A DNA stretch of 20,000 bases from assembly GCA_016839445.1 (NCBI GenBank), contig JAEOUG010000027.1, positions 25,075-45,074 on the forward strand, given 5' to 3'. The notes below the pieces were generated by a model. That model made no database searches. It had not been told where the DNA came from and saw only the letters and a list, made by a program, of their open reading frames with translations. Position numbers and translations under genes: made by a program. How positions within the stretch are numbered: position 1 is the stretch's first letter; every line of letters starts with the position of its first letter. Positions 7,842 to 14,845 of this stretch are shown piece after piece. This DNA comes from Candidatus Thorarchaeota archaeon (lineage in GTDB: Archaea; Asgardarchaeota; Thorarchaeia; Thorarchaeales; Thorarchaeaceae).

Positions 7842-7880
7842 AAGTTAGATGAATCTAAATAAGTTAGATGAGTCTAACTT
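7842..7880 (-). promoter_or_regulatory. Tandem palindromic repeats bracketing a TATA-like box (candidate operator/promoter; possibly also the cofC terminator)
   Basis: AAGTTAGATGAATCTAA (7842-7858) and AAGTTAGATGAGTCTAA (7861-7877) match at 16 of 17 positions with a 19-bp period. Each repeat is internally palindromic: TTAGAT-ga-ATCTAA, and AAGTTAGA-tgag-TCTAACTT (7861-7880). Read on the minus strand, TTATTTAG lies between them at -29 to -22 relative to GTG 7833, the spacing expected for a leaderless archaeal promoter. Confidence 0.4.
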
Positions 7881-7883
7881 GAT

Positions 7884-8543
7884 TTAGGCTTTTGGGTCAC
7901 TCAGAACGCTAAGGAGATACTCCCAAGTGTGTGTCTTCATGCCCACTTCCCTGAATCGTGCTAGATCATCAGTAGTGTCAAGGTCAAGGAATGTGTCCGG
8001 GGAGGCCCACTCCCTGAACTGAAGTCCCCTCGAGTATGAAGCCTCCTGGTGCCGGGAGAAACTGCCGGGCCCAAAGGACGGATCTATCACATCGGAAGGT
8101 ACTCGAAGGAGAAGATTCGTGCCACCATTCCTGGACCGCGCGGCTACGACAACCTTTCCTCCGGATTCCTCAGCAGCCTCGATCACACCGGAGATCGATG
8201 ACTCTCTGAGAAGGGGCACATCGACTGGCAGAATCAGGACTGAGTGTGAATCATGTCGCTCAATCAGTGTTCTTGTAGCCAGCATAAGTGCGGCATTGAG
8301 CCCAGCAGGACTCTTTTCAAGAATGGTTTCAAGGCCTATCGAGGAAGCGAATCCCAGGACCTGTGGATCAGGCGAAACCACAGTTGCGGTCTCGACAGCG
8401 TCATGACTAAGAAGCACAGTCGAAACGTCATGTAGCATGCTAAGCACAAGCTGGGATATCTGGGACCGCAAGAGAGTGGACTCCAAACGCGACTTGGCAA
8501 CCTTCAGTGAGGCCACTGGAATAATAGCATGGGTCTCTAGCAT
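7884..8543 (-). CDS. cofC: 2-phospho-L-lactate/phosphoenolpyruvate guanylyltransferase (F420 biosynthesis, CofC/FbiD)
   Basis: The N-terminus HAIIPVASLKVAKSRL, followed by ILPVDVPLL, GGTNLLL, FGPGSFSRH and LDLDTTDDL, fits the CofC pattern. It lies 8 nt downstream of cofD. Confidence 0.85.
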   Translation of the reverse strand: MLETHAIIPVASLKVAKSRLESTLLRSQISQLVLSMLHDVSTVLLSHDAVETATVVSPDPQVLGFASSIGLETILEKSPAGLNAALMLATRTLIERHDSHSVLILPVDVPLLRESSISGVIEAAEESGGKVVVAARSRNGGTNLLLRVPSDVIDPSFGPGSFSRHQEASYSRGLQFREWASPDTFLDLDTTDDLARFREVGMKTHTWEYLLSVLSDPKA

Positions 8544-8551
8544 GGCTCTGC

Positions 8552-9502
8552 TTACCTACCATGGATTGAGAGGACAATCCTCGCAAGATCCATCTTGTCC
8601 TCCAAAGTCTTCATTATCGTATTAGTAACAACTGTCTTCAGACCTAGACCTTCAATCTGAGCTTCGAGGGCCCTGTCCTGAGCGTCCAGGACATAGTGCG
8701 ACAGGAACCGCCTGTAGTGGTGTGCTACTCCAAATGCAGTAGCCTCAAGGCCCAGGGATTTCATGAACTTGACCGTAGGACCCTTGATGGCCTCTCCCCC
8801 AACTAGGGGTGAAACCGCCACAACAGGGCACTTCACGTCCTCAAGGGCACTGGCAATTTGCTTCACACTCAATATTGGACCAATTGAGGCGATGGGATTA
8901 CTGGGGCATACGACTACGAGGTCGGCAGAGGAAATCGCGTCCAATACGCCGTCGGCAGGACTGGCGGTATCTGCTCCAACGTACATGACTTCCTTGATTT
9001 CAGCTTCACATCTCATCCGCACAAAGAACTCCTCGAAATGTACCAGAGAACCGGTTCCCAATCTCACATGGGTGCGGACTGAGTCATCAGTCATGGGTAT
9101 GAGCTGAACATCGTTAAGCCCAACGTACTCACAGAGCTCTGAGGTCACCTCAGAGAGCTTCTTGCCCTCCCTCAGACGGCTCGTTCTCAGGACATGCGTG
9201 GCTAGGTCCTGATCTCCAAGACTGAACCACCTGTCCTGCCTGTAGAATCTGCCCAGTGCCTCTAGGAACCTGAACGTGTCATCTGCGATGCCCCAGCCCT
9301 TCTCAGTGTCTACCAGTCCAGCAAGGGTATACATCACTATGTCTACATCAGGTGATATGTGCAGGCCAAAGAGGTCTATGTCATCCCCCGTGTTGCACAC
9401 GACAGTGAGTTCATGGTCGCCAAGAACCCTGTGTAGTCCTAGGGCAAGCTTTGCGCCGCCAATGCCTCCACAGAGTGCAACAACCTTCACCTCTGCAATC
9501 AC
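8552..9502 (-). CDS. cofD: 2-phospho-L-lactate transferase (LPPG:FO transferase, F420 biosynthesis)
   Basis: GTG start. VVALCGGIGGAKLALGL, VVCNTGDDIDLFGLHISPDVDIVMYTLAGL and GWGIADDTF are the characteristic CofD N-terminal motifs. Confidence 0.9.
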   Translation of the reverse strand: MIAEVKVVALCGGIGGAKLALGLHRVLGDHELTVVCNTGDDIDLFGLHISPDVDIVMYTLAGLVDTEKGWGIADDTFRFLEALGRFYRQDRWFSLGDQDLATHVLRTSRLREGKKLSEVTSELCEYVGLNDVQLIPMTDDSVRTHVRLGTGSLVHFEEFFVRMRCEAEIKEVMYVGADTASPADGVLDAISSADLVVVCPSNPIASIGPILSVKQIASALEDVKCPVVAVSPLVGGEAIKGPTVKFMKSLGLEATAFGVAHHYRRFLSHYVLDAQDRALEAQIEGLGLKTVVTNTIMKTLEDKMDLARIVLSIHGR

Positions 9503-9526
9503 CCTGTACTCAGCAGCATGGCTCTC

Positions 9527-10138
9527 TTATAACATCTGCACAATCTCTTCGAGCGGTTTCCTTTGTGGCATCTCAGGAGGGACTGATGTGTGGCCCAACA
9601 GAATGAAGGCCTGTGGTTCAACATCATCCCCAAGCTCTAGAGTCTCAACAATGGCCCTCTTAGTGAACAGGGGCGCACAGAGCCAGCACGATGCTAGGCC
9701 CTCTGCACAGGCAGCCAGTAGAGCATTCTGAATCGCCGCCGCAGTACTTTGAACTGCCATTGTGTGTTCGTGGAGATTGCGTTCATCATCACTGTACTTC
9801 CACATGTCCTTCATTGTCAACGCGGCAAGAATCAGAACTGGAGCCGACATCAGTAGCTTCCGAGAACGAGAGACCGTTTCCTCTGCCGGTTCCTGAGCCC
9901 CACCGTCGTCAAGCAGGTCTCGAAGATACTCCTCTGACATCCTGTTCACCATCTGCGTCCTCACATCACCCTTCGGTATTACGAAGAACCTGGCAGGCTG
10001 CGAGTTGTGAGCCGAAGGTGCCAGCGTCGCGACCTCCAGAACCTTCCTTATGGACGCAAGGTCAACCGGTTTCTCCTCAAAGACCCTTACGCTACGCCGT
10101 GATGACACTACATCATAGAAATCGCGCATCATAGTCAC
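9527..10138 (-). CDS. Nitroreductase-fold flavoprotein resembling the C-terminal domain of bacterial FbiB
   Basis: SRRSVRVFEEKPV...ATLAPSAHNSQPARFFVI is the nitroreductase N-terminal signature. The C-terminal segment GLASCWLCAPLFTKRAIVETLELGDDVEPQAFILLGH resembles my recollection of the FbiB C-domain. It lies 24 nt upstream of cofD on the same strand. Confidence 0.7.
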   Translation of the reverse strand: MTMMRDFYDVVSSRRSVRVFEEKPVDLASIRKVLEVATLAPSAHNSQPARFFVIPKGDVRTQMVNRMSEEYLRDLLDDGGAQEPAEETVSRSRKLLMSAPVLILAALTMKDMWKYSDDERNLHEHTMAVQSTAAAIQNALLAACAEGLASCWLCAPLFTKRAIVETLELGDDVEPQAFILLGHTSVPPEMPQRKPLEEIVQML

Positions 10139-10156
10139 TTCTCCTGCTGGATACTG

Positions 10157-10993
10157 CTAGAGCTTCTGACAGCTGGGGCAGTAGTATATCGCACCGCCCA
10201 GATAGCTCTCCTTCACTATCTTTGTGTTGCAGACATCACAGGGTGTTCCTGCGGTCTTGCTGTGTAGTGCTCTCCGGTAACCTCCAGATGCACCATACAG
10301 ATCCACTTCACAGTCACGTCCGCCGAGATCAATCATCTTCTGTAGCTCGCGACAAGACACCTCGTAGAGCTTCTTAATCTGAGTTTCAGAGAGTTCTGAC
10401 ATCTCCTGCTTGGGATGGATACCTGAGTGGTAGAAGATGTCTTGGATGACTCCGTTGCCGACTCCATTCAGTCCCGGCTCGCTGACAAAGAACTTCTTGG
10501 CACTGAACTTCTGTCCTTCGGGCAAACCCGTGATCAGATCCCTGAAGGCCTCCAGTGTGAAGTCCTTTGAGAGAGGTGTCAGCTTGTCCTTCGAGATGTG
10601 GGGGTGCTCTCCGAGGTTCTTCCGCTCCAGAAGTCTTGTCTCACCCCACCCAGATATGGTGACAGATAGGTAGTCATCATCCTCGAACCTGAGGAGTAGC
10701 TGGTGTTTCTTTGGCAGACTAGTCGAATCCTTGTGGTAGAGAATCCTCTCTCCTCCACATCCCAAGCTCAGTACATAATCCGGTAAGATCTCAGTCAGGA
10801 TGATATTCCCGTTAGACCAGCTCTTGCCTATCTTCCGGCCAGACACGATTCTGCTGAACTCCTTGTCAGAGTGCTTCCCTACAAAGGCGAATTTGTGGGG
10901 GCTCTCGTTTCTCACGGCAGTCCGGATCGTTTTCCCTTTGAGGGCCTTGTTCATCTGCTCGGCAAACACAACGGCCTCTGGCAGTTCTATCAT
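10157..10993 (-). CDS. Fpg/Nei (formamidopyrimidine-DNA glycosylase / endonuclease VIII) family protein with a non-canonical N-terminus
   Basis: The N-terminus is MIELPEAVVF, where the canonical form is MPELPEVE. The H2TH region reads GLNGVGNGVIQDIFYHSGIHP. The C-terminal zinc finger is CDVCNTKIVKESYLGGAIYYCPSC (C-x2-C-x16-C-x2-C). The start codon is ATG at 10993. Confidence 0.85.
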   Translation of the reverse strand: MIELPEAVVFAEQMNKALKGKTIRTAVRNESPHKFAFVGKHSDKEFSRIVSGRKIGKSWSNGNIILTEILPDYVLSLGCGGERILYHKDSTSLPKKHQLLLRFEDDDYLSVTISGWGETRLLERKNLGEHPHISKDKLTPLSKDFTLEAFRDLITGLPEGQKFSAKKFFVSEPGLNGVGNGVIQDIFYHSGIHPKQEMSELSETQIKKLYEVSCRELQKMIDLGGRDCEVDLYGASGGYRRALHSKTAGTPCDVCNTKIVKESYLGGAIYYCPSCQKL

Positions 10994-11115
10994 CTTTCAG
11001 CACACTCGTTTCTATATTGCGCCTTTGAAACAGGTCGACTTCCTGATAAAATCGATGCACCGCTTGAGCAAATGTCGTGTGAAACGAACATGACATCACG
11101 GATATGAGCAACATG

Positions 11116-11152
11116 AAAAAGAGAGGGAAGAAGCCCGCAAGAACGGGCTTCT
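11116..11152 (-). terminator. GC-rich hairpin plus T5 tract downstream of the 824-aa surface protein gene
   Basis: Read on the minus strand: TAG-aaatagacg-AGAAGCCCG-ttcttg-CGGGCTTCT-tccctctc-TTTTT. The 9-bp stem spans 11129-11137 and 11144-11152. The T5 tract corresponds to plus-strand AAAAA at 11116-11120. Confidence 0.55.
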
Positions 11153-11161
11153 CGTCTATTT

Positions 11162-13636
11162 CTAGGACTTGGGCCTTCGCTGCTTGTAGAACAAGAGCCC
11201 AACAATGAGGATGACAGCAGCTGCGGCTCCAGCAACAACCAGCAACAGCGGGAACTGGCTGGGGGGTGGAAGCACATGGACCGTCACCTCATCCATCGCA
11301 GAGTAGCCGTTGTTGTCGTACACCACGATCTGGAAGACATATGTTCCACGGGTCAAACCGTCGAGGTCATAGACTACCAGCTCTCCGGACCAGGCTATGT
11401 TGACTACCTCGGAGGCATCCTGGTAGATAACGTACCTGACCGGGAGCGGGCTCTCTGGATTCCAGGCTATCTCGAACCCAGTTTCGCCTTCCACGAACTC
11501 GATGTCAGCAGGCTGATCGATGGTCGGCCTTATCATGAAGGCAATCTCGTTGATGAACAACTCGTAGTTGTCAGCATAGGTTGAGTTGTCGGTGTCATCG
11601 AGATACTCAGAGATGGCAAACAGATTGCACAGTGCGTTCCCACCGACGCTCAGGACTATGCCGGCCTGACTGCTGTTGTAGGTGGACGTTGCTCCTGCCA
11701 AGGCTGTGGCATTGTCCAGAAGGTCTACATTTACGAAGTCCGTCGTGAATAGGTCATGACTGGACTCGATTGTAGCTGCACCGTATTCAACAGGCACATT
11801 GAACACTGAGTGCCCCTCATCCCACAGATATATGTCCATAGGACCACTGGTGACATAGCTGTCGGTGCTGTTCCATCCAAGGTAGTTCCACATCGTGTTG
11901 TAGGAGCTCGACCTGAAGTACCAGTCCCTCCAAATCAGCTTGCCGCCTCCCTCCAAGTGACTTCTGATTAGAGTATGTGAGCCAGTAGGTGTGTAGTAGT
12001 TTGCATCGATGACCACCAGGCTCCATGACTGCATTGACAGACACTCGTTGAACACGGCCAGATTATTGGTCATGAAGTAATCAAGGCCAAGCTCGTTGAG
12101 AGCCAGAGCCGCTGGTGACCTGTAGAAGGTGTAGTCGATTCCAAGTGAACCAGGACCGTCGGTGTAGAGGAGGATATCGGAGCCTCCTGAACAGAGCCAG
12201 TTGGCGATACTCTCGGCTAGATCAACATTGTCCTCATAGTCAATGTAGTTGCCGATGAAGTTGATGTCTCCCGCGAGAATCACTCGCCCTTGTCCGACTT
12301 CTTGTGCCACTAGCAACTCTTCGTCGGGTGCATCTAGCCAAATCAGAGTGAAGGCATCGCCCCAAGACTCGACTAAGGATCCTCCACTGAATTCTGCAGA
12401 TGCCACACCCTCAGTTGCTGGATGAAGAGTCACGTTTGTGGTGACCTGTTCTAGACTGAAGTCAGTCGTGGTTATGTTCATGTCATAGCCTGCAAGAATC
12501 TGCCGGACGTTCTGATTCTGATCTGCAAATGACTGCCACTCGCCAGCCAGCAGCAGACCACCGCCCTCAGAAACCCACTGGTGAATTGCATTGATTTCGG
12601 TAGATGTGTACGCTTCATCAGGAGCATTGATGTACAGCATGTCGTATTGCCTGAGGAAAGCCAGTGTCAATGGTCCATCATCAGGATACGCCTTGTCGCA
12701 GGTGAATCTGTTTCTCACCCAGTAATCCCGCAGCGCAAAGTAGCGTCCTTCACCCGAGTAGCCGGTCGGGTCACCTGCATCAACCGCGTAATACGGGGTG
12801 TGTGTCAGGTCAAACAGGACTCGGCCCTTGGGTCGCATCGCCAGCCAGTCAACCGCTTTAGTCAGCAAATCTGCATCAGGATTGCGGTCGGGATTGTCAT
12901 CGCCGAATATCTGGACCACTCGTCCACCCTGATACTCAGGATCTCGGGCCACGCCGTTCGCCCAATACGTGCCGTCCTGTGCAAGTGTCAAGGTCGTGTA
13001 CTCAGACGCAGTGGAACATGTCAGCAGCAAGCTTGTGTTGTAGGCAGCCCAATCGAAGGTGTTTGTGATGGTGGCCCCGACCTCATAGTCCTTAGTCACA
13101 GGGTGGCGGTTCGCGATAGTCTGGTACGTTGCCCAGACATAGTTCCAATCCTCGCCGTAGTCGTTGGTCCCTTCAGTGTCAGGAACCATGATTCCGAAGT
13201 AGTTGATGTAGTTGATTGCCCCATCTATGCTTAGTATGCCGCCTCCCCCCAGCCAGTACTGCTTCACGAGCGACGTGATGTTCTCACGAGGGCTGTTGTC
13301 AAACATGACGAAGACATCATAGTCAGCCACCTTCAGGTCGTGGTTCAGAATGTCCTGAAAGGTGAGCGTCACCACTTCATAACCAGCAGCCTCAAGCATC
13401 AGCGCAATAGCAGTGATGTTTGTGCTAGGCATTCCGCCGTGTCCGTAGGCAGGCAGGGTACCATTCGGCTCATCATATATGGCCACACGGATGTCCCGAG
13501 GAACTTGTCCTGCGAGTAGGGAGTCAACCTGAACCGATTCTGATTGCCCCTCGTTGACATCGCTTGTGGTCACTGGAACGAAGAAAGTCCCAGCAATGAG
13601 GAGCACAAGCAATGGTAGGATGTAAGTCCTTTTCAT
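11162..13636 (-). CDS. Surface protein with three tandem alpha/beta (flavodoxin/GATase1-like, DUF4350/GldG-like) modules, an Ig-like domain and a C-terminal TM anchor
   Basis: The track ORF starts at GTG 13669. ATG 13636 is preceded by GGGAGAT and gives MKRTYILPLLVLLIAGTFFVPV, a signal or TM segment. There are three ~215-aa modules. An Ig-like segment follows (IEFVEGETGFEIAWNPES...YVFQIVVYDNNG). The C-terminus is QFPLLLVVAGAAAAVILIVGLLFYKQRRPKS. Function is unknown. Confidence 0.85.
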   Translation of the reverse strand: MKRTYILPLLVLLIAGTFFVPVTTSDVNEGQSESVQVDSLLAGQVPRDIRVAIYDEPNGTLPAYGHGGMPSTNITAIALMLEAAGYEVVTLTFQDILNHDLKVADYDVFVMFDNSPRENITSLVKQYWLGGGGILSIDGAINYINYFGIMVPDTEGTNDYGEDWNYVWATYQTIANRHPVTKDYEVGATITNTFDWAAYNTSLLLTCSTASEYTTLTLAQDGTYWANGVARDPEYQGGRVVQIFGDDNPDRNPDADLLTKAVDWLAMRPKGRVLFDLTHTPYYAVDAGDPTGYSGEGRYFALRDYWVRNRFTCDKAYPDDGPLTLAFLRQYDMLYINAPDEAYTSTEINAIHQWVSEGGGLLLAGEWQSFADQNQNVRQILAGYDMNITTTDFSLEQVTTNVTLHPATEGVASAEFSGGSLVESWGDAFTLIWLDAPDEELLVAQEVGQGRVILAGDINFIGNYIDYEDNVDLAESIANWLCSGGSDILLYTDGPGSLGIDYTFYRSPAALALNELGLDYFMTNNLAVFNECLSMQSWSLVVIDANYYTPTGSHTLIRSHLEGGGKLIWRDWYFRSSSYNTMWNYLGWNSTDSYVTSGPMDIYLWDEGHSVFNVPVEYGAATIESSHDLFTTDFVNVDLLDNATALAGATSTYNSSQAGIVLSVGGNALCNLFAISEYLDDTDNSTYADNYELFINEIAFMIRPTIDQPADIEFVEGETGFEIAWNPESPLPVRYVIYQDASEVVNIAWSGELVVYDLDGLTRGTYVFQIVVYDNNGYSAMDEVTVHVLPPPSQFPLLLVVAGAAAAVILIVGLLFYKQRRPKS
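11525..13498 (-). repeat. Internal triplication of a ~215-aa alpha/beta module (protein-level)
   Basis: The modules span roughly aa 58-280, 281-495 and 496-715, counted from GTG 13669. Each has the same landmarks in the same order. The entry strands are RVAIYD / RVLFDLTH / DILLYTDG. The second strands are YDVFVMFD / YDMLYINAP / WSLVVIDAN. The glycine motifs are GGGGILSIDG / EGGGLLLAGEW / EGGGKLIWRDW. Next come HPVTKDYEVGATI / HPATEGVASAEF / HSVFNVPVEYGAATI. The late strands are GGRVVQIFGDD / GQGRVILAGDIN / AGIVLSVGGN. Confidence 0.6.
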
Positions 13637-13822
13637 TCTCTTATCTCCCGAGCGATTCACAGCATGCACTGAATTCCGTCAAGAAGAGTATGGCGCGCGT
13701 GTAGAACCGCATCAATTGTACTGACTGCGTCAGAGCAGGCGCATATAATACTTCTACGTAGTCTCTCCGCCTCGGTCCCGCTCGACCAAAAGGGATATGA
13801 CAACTTCTATGGCACTTCGCCT

Positions 13823-14491
13823 ATGGCAAGCTCCGCAGTCAGAAAGGCAATCTACGTTATCGCATTCTATGGGGTCTATTTCAACATCTTTCTGCTTCTG
13901 CTCGTACCTTCTATTTACAGCACCATCCTGTACGTTTCGTTTCTGGTGGTCTACTACGGAGTTGGCATAATCGACACTGCCGTCAGGCCAGTAACAGAGG
14001 AAGACAAGGGGGTCGACAAGTACACTCGGTACCTTCTCATCTTCTGGCTTCTGCACCCGTTCATATTCACCCTGATGTTCTACGAGAACGCCTACTTCAC
14101 ACAGCTGTATCTTGCTCCGCAGACGGCCTCAATACTAGCCTGGACGGGACTACTCGTCTATGCGGCTGGAGGACTGATTTCAATAGCCAGTAGGATTCAG
14201 CTAGGGAGGCATGGGAGCGGTAGGCTTGTGCTCCAACAGAATCACGGCTTGGTCACATCTGGCCTCTACACGCGCGTGCGCCACCCCATGTACACAGGAG
14301 GATTGATTGGCAGTATCGCCTTCGGCATGGTGTTCCGTAGCCTCTTCGTGATGGTTCTAGACGTCGCTGTCTACTTCGTGATATTCCGCCAGCGAATGCA
14401 GAGAGAGGAGGAACTCATGGAACAGGAGTTCGGAGAGGAGTACTTGGACTACAAGAGAAAGACAAGACGTCTTCTTCCGGGCGTCTATTAG
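13823..14491 (+). CDS. Isoprenylcysteine carboxyl methyltransferase (ICMT/Ste14-like) family membrane methyltransferase
   Basis: Multi-TM 222-aa ORF with the family's C-terminal signature: GLVTSGLYTRVRHPMYTGGLIGSIAFGMVF...RQRMQREEELMEQEFGEEYLDYKRKTRRLLPGVY. Confidence 0.85.
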   Translation: MASSAVRKAIYVIAFYGVYFNIFLLLLVPSIYSTILYVSFLVVYYGVGIIDTAVRPVTEEDKGVDKYTRYLLIFWLLHPFIFTLMFYENAYFTQLYLAPQTASILAWTGLLVYAAGGLISIASRIQLGRHGSGRLVLQQNHGLVTSGLYTRVRHPMYTGGLIGSIAFGMVFRSLFVMVLDVAVYFVIFRQRMQREEELMEQEFGEEYLDYKRKTRRLLPGVY

Positions 14492-14520
14492 CTTGATGTC
14501 AGCATAGAACATAGGAGTGC

Positions 14521-14799
14521 ATGGTCGTAATGGCAGCATATCCAGAGAATCGAAAGGAGTGGGAGGCGTGGCTGGAAACACAGCTTGGCGTGCGGCAAAG
14601 TGATGGGAGGAGGCTGTTCCTGAGCGGCAGATTCCCGATTACAGATCTTGTCGAGTCTTGGCGTCGTGAGTTCACTCCAGAGAGAGGATACAGCCCTGAT
14701 TTCGTACCGGCACTAATTCGCAACCAGAAAGGGTTTCTAAAATGGGTCCTTGGGAACGGCCCAGAGCCCAACTGGGCCCGTGATGATAACACTCAGTAG
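14521..14799 (+). CDS. Hypothetical small protein (92 aa, Trp-rich), no recognisable family
   Basis: AGGAG lies at 14513-14517, just upstream of ATG 14521, with a second ATG at 14530. The amino-acid composition looks natural (YPENRKEWEAWLETQLG...), unlike the Ser/Arg-rich antisense ORF at 14499..14792. I recognise no homology. Confidence 0.35.
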   Translation: MVVMAAYPENRKEWEAWLETQLGVRQSDGRRLFLSGRFPITDLVESWRREFTPERGYSPDFVPALIRNQKGFLKWVLGNGPEPNWARDDNTQ

Positions 14800-14845
14800 A
14801 GTCATCTCATGAGAAGCAGCAAGAGCGCACCAATCGCTGTCGGTC

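Noticed and set aside
8119-10134. Plus-strand ORFs opposite cofC, cofD and the nitroreductase gene (8119..8406, 8253..8435, 8437..8625, 8763..9107, 9276..9731, 9691..10134).
   Set aside because: They are antisense to genes with strong family signatures, and their composition is Ser/Pro/Thr-rich. Shadow ORFs.
11010-11018. AATATAGAA (minus strand) upstream of the fpg-like ATG, considered as a TATA box.
   Set aside because: It lies only ~18-25 nt from the ATG. That is too close for the usual -30 to -23 archaeal spacing unless transcription starts inside the ORF. Not called.
10800-11277. ORFs spanning the fpg 5' end and intergenic terminator region (10800..11093 +, 10866..11114 -, 10871..11107 +, 10990..11277 -).
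   Set aside because: They cross a terminator hairpin and the ends of two well-supported genes, and they have no motifs. More likely non-coding.
11276-13234. Plus-strand ORFs 11276..11584 and 12581..13234 (217 aa), and minus-strand ORF 11817..12044, inside the tri-modular surface protein gene.
   Set aside because: They are antisense or off-frame to an 824-aa CDS with signal peptide, repeat structure and anchor. Their composition is Val/Arg/Ser-rich with no motifs.
13743-13752. CATATAATAC in the divergent region between the surface-protein and ICMT-like genes, considered as a TATA box.
   Set aside because: It lies ~70-110 nt from either start codon. It is possibly a promoter with a long leader, but nothing else in the sequence supports a call.
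13754-14056. 100-aa minus-strand ORF overlapping the start of the ICMT-like gene.
   Set aside because: The plus-strand frame encodes a multi-TM protein with the complete ICMT signature. The antisense ORF has no features.
14464-14473. Perfect 10-bp palindrome AAGACGTCTT.
   Set aside because: It lies inside the ICMT-like coding sequence, is short, and is expected by chance. There is no partner site.
14499-14792. 97-aa minus-strand ORF antisense to the 92-aa orphan ORF.
   Set aside because: Its composition is Ser/Arg/Pro-rich and it has no ribosome-binding-like sequence. The plus-strand ORF is the better, though still weak, candidate.
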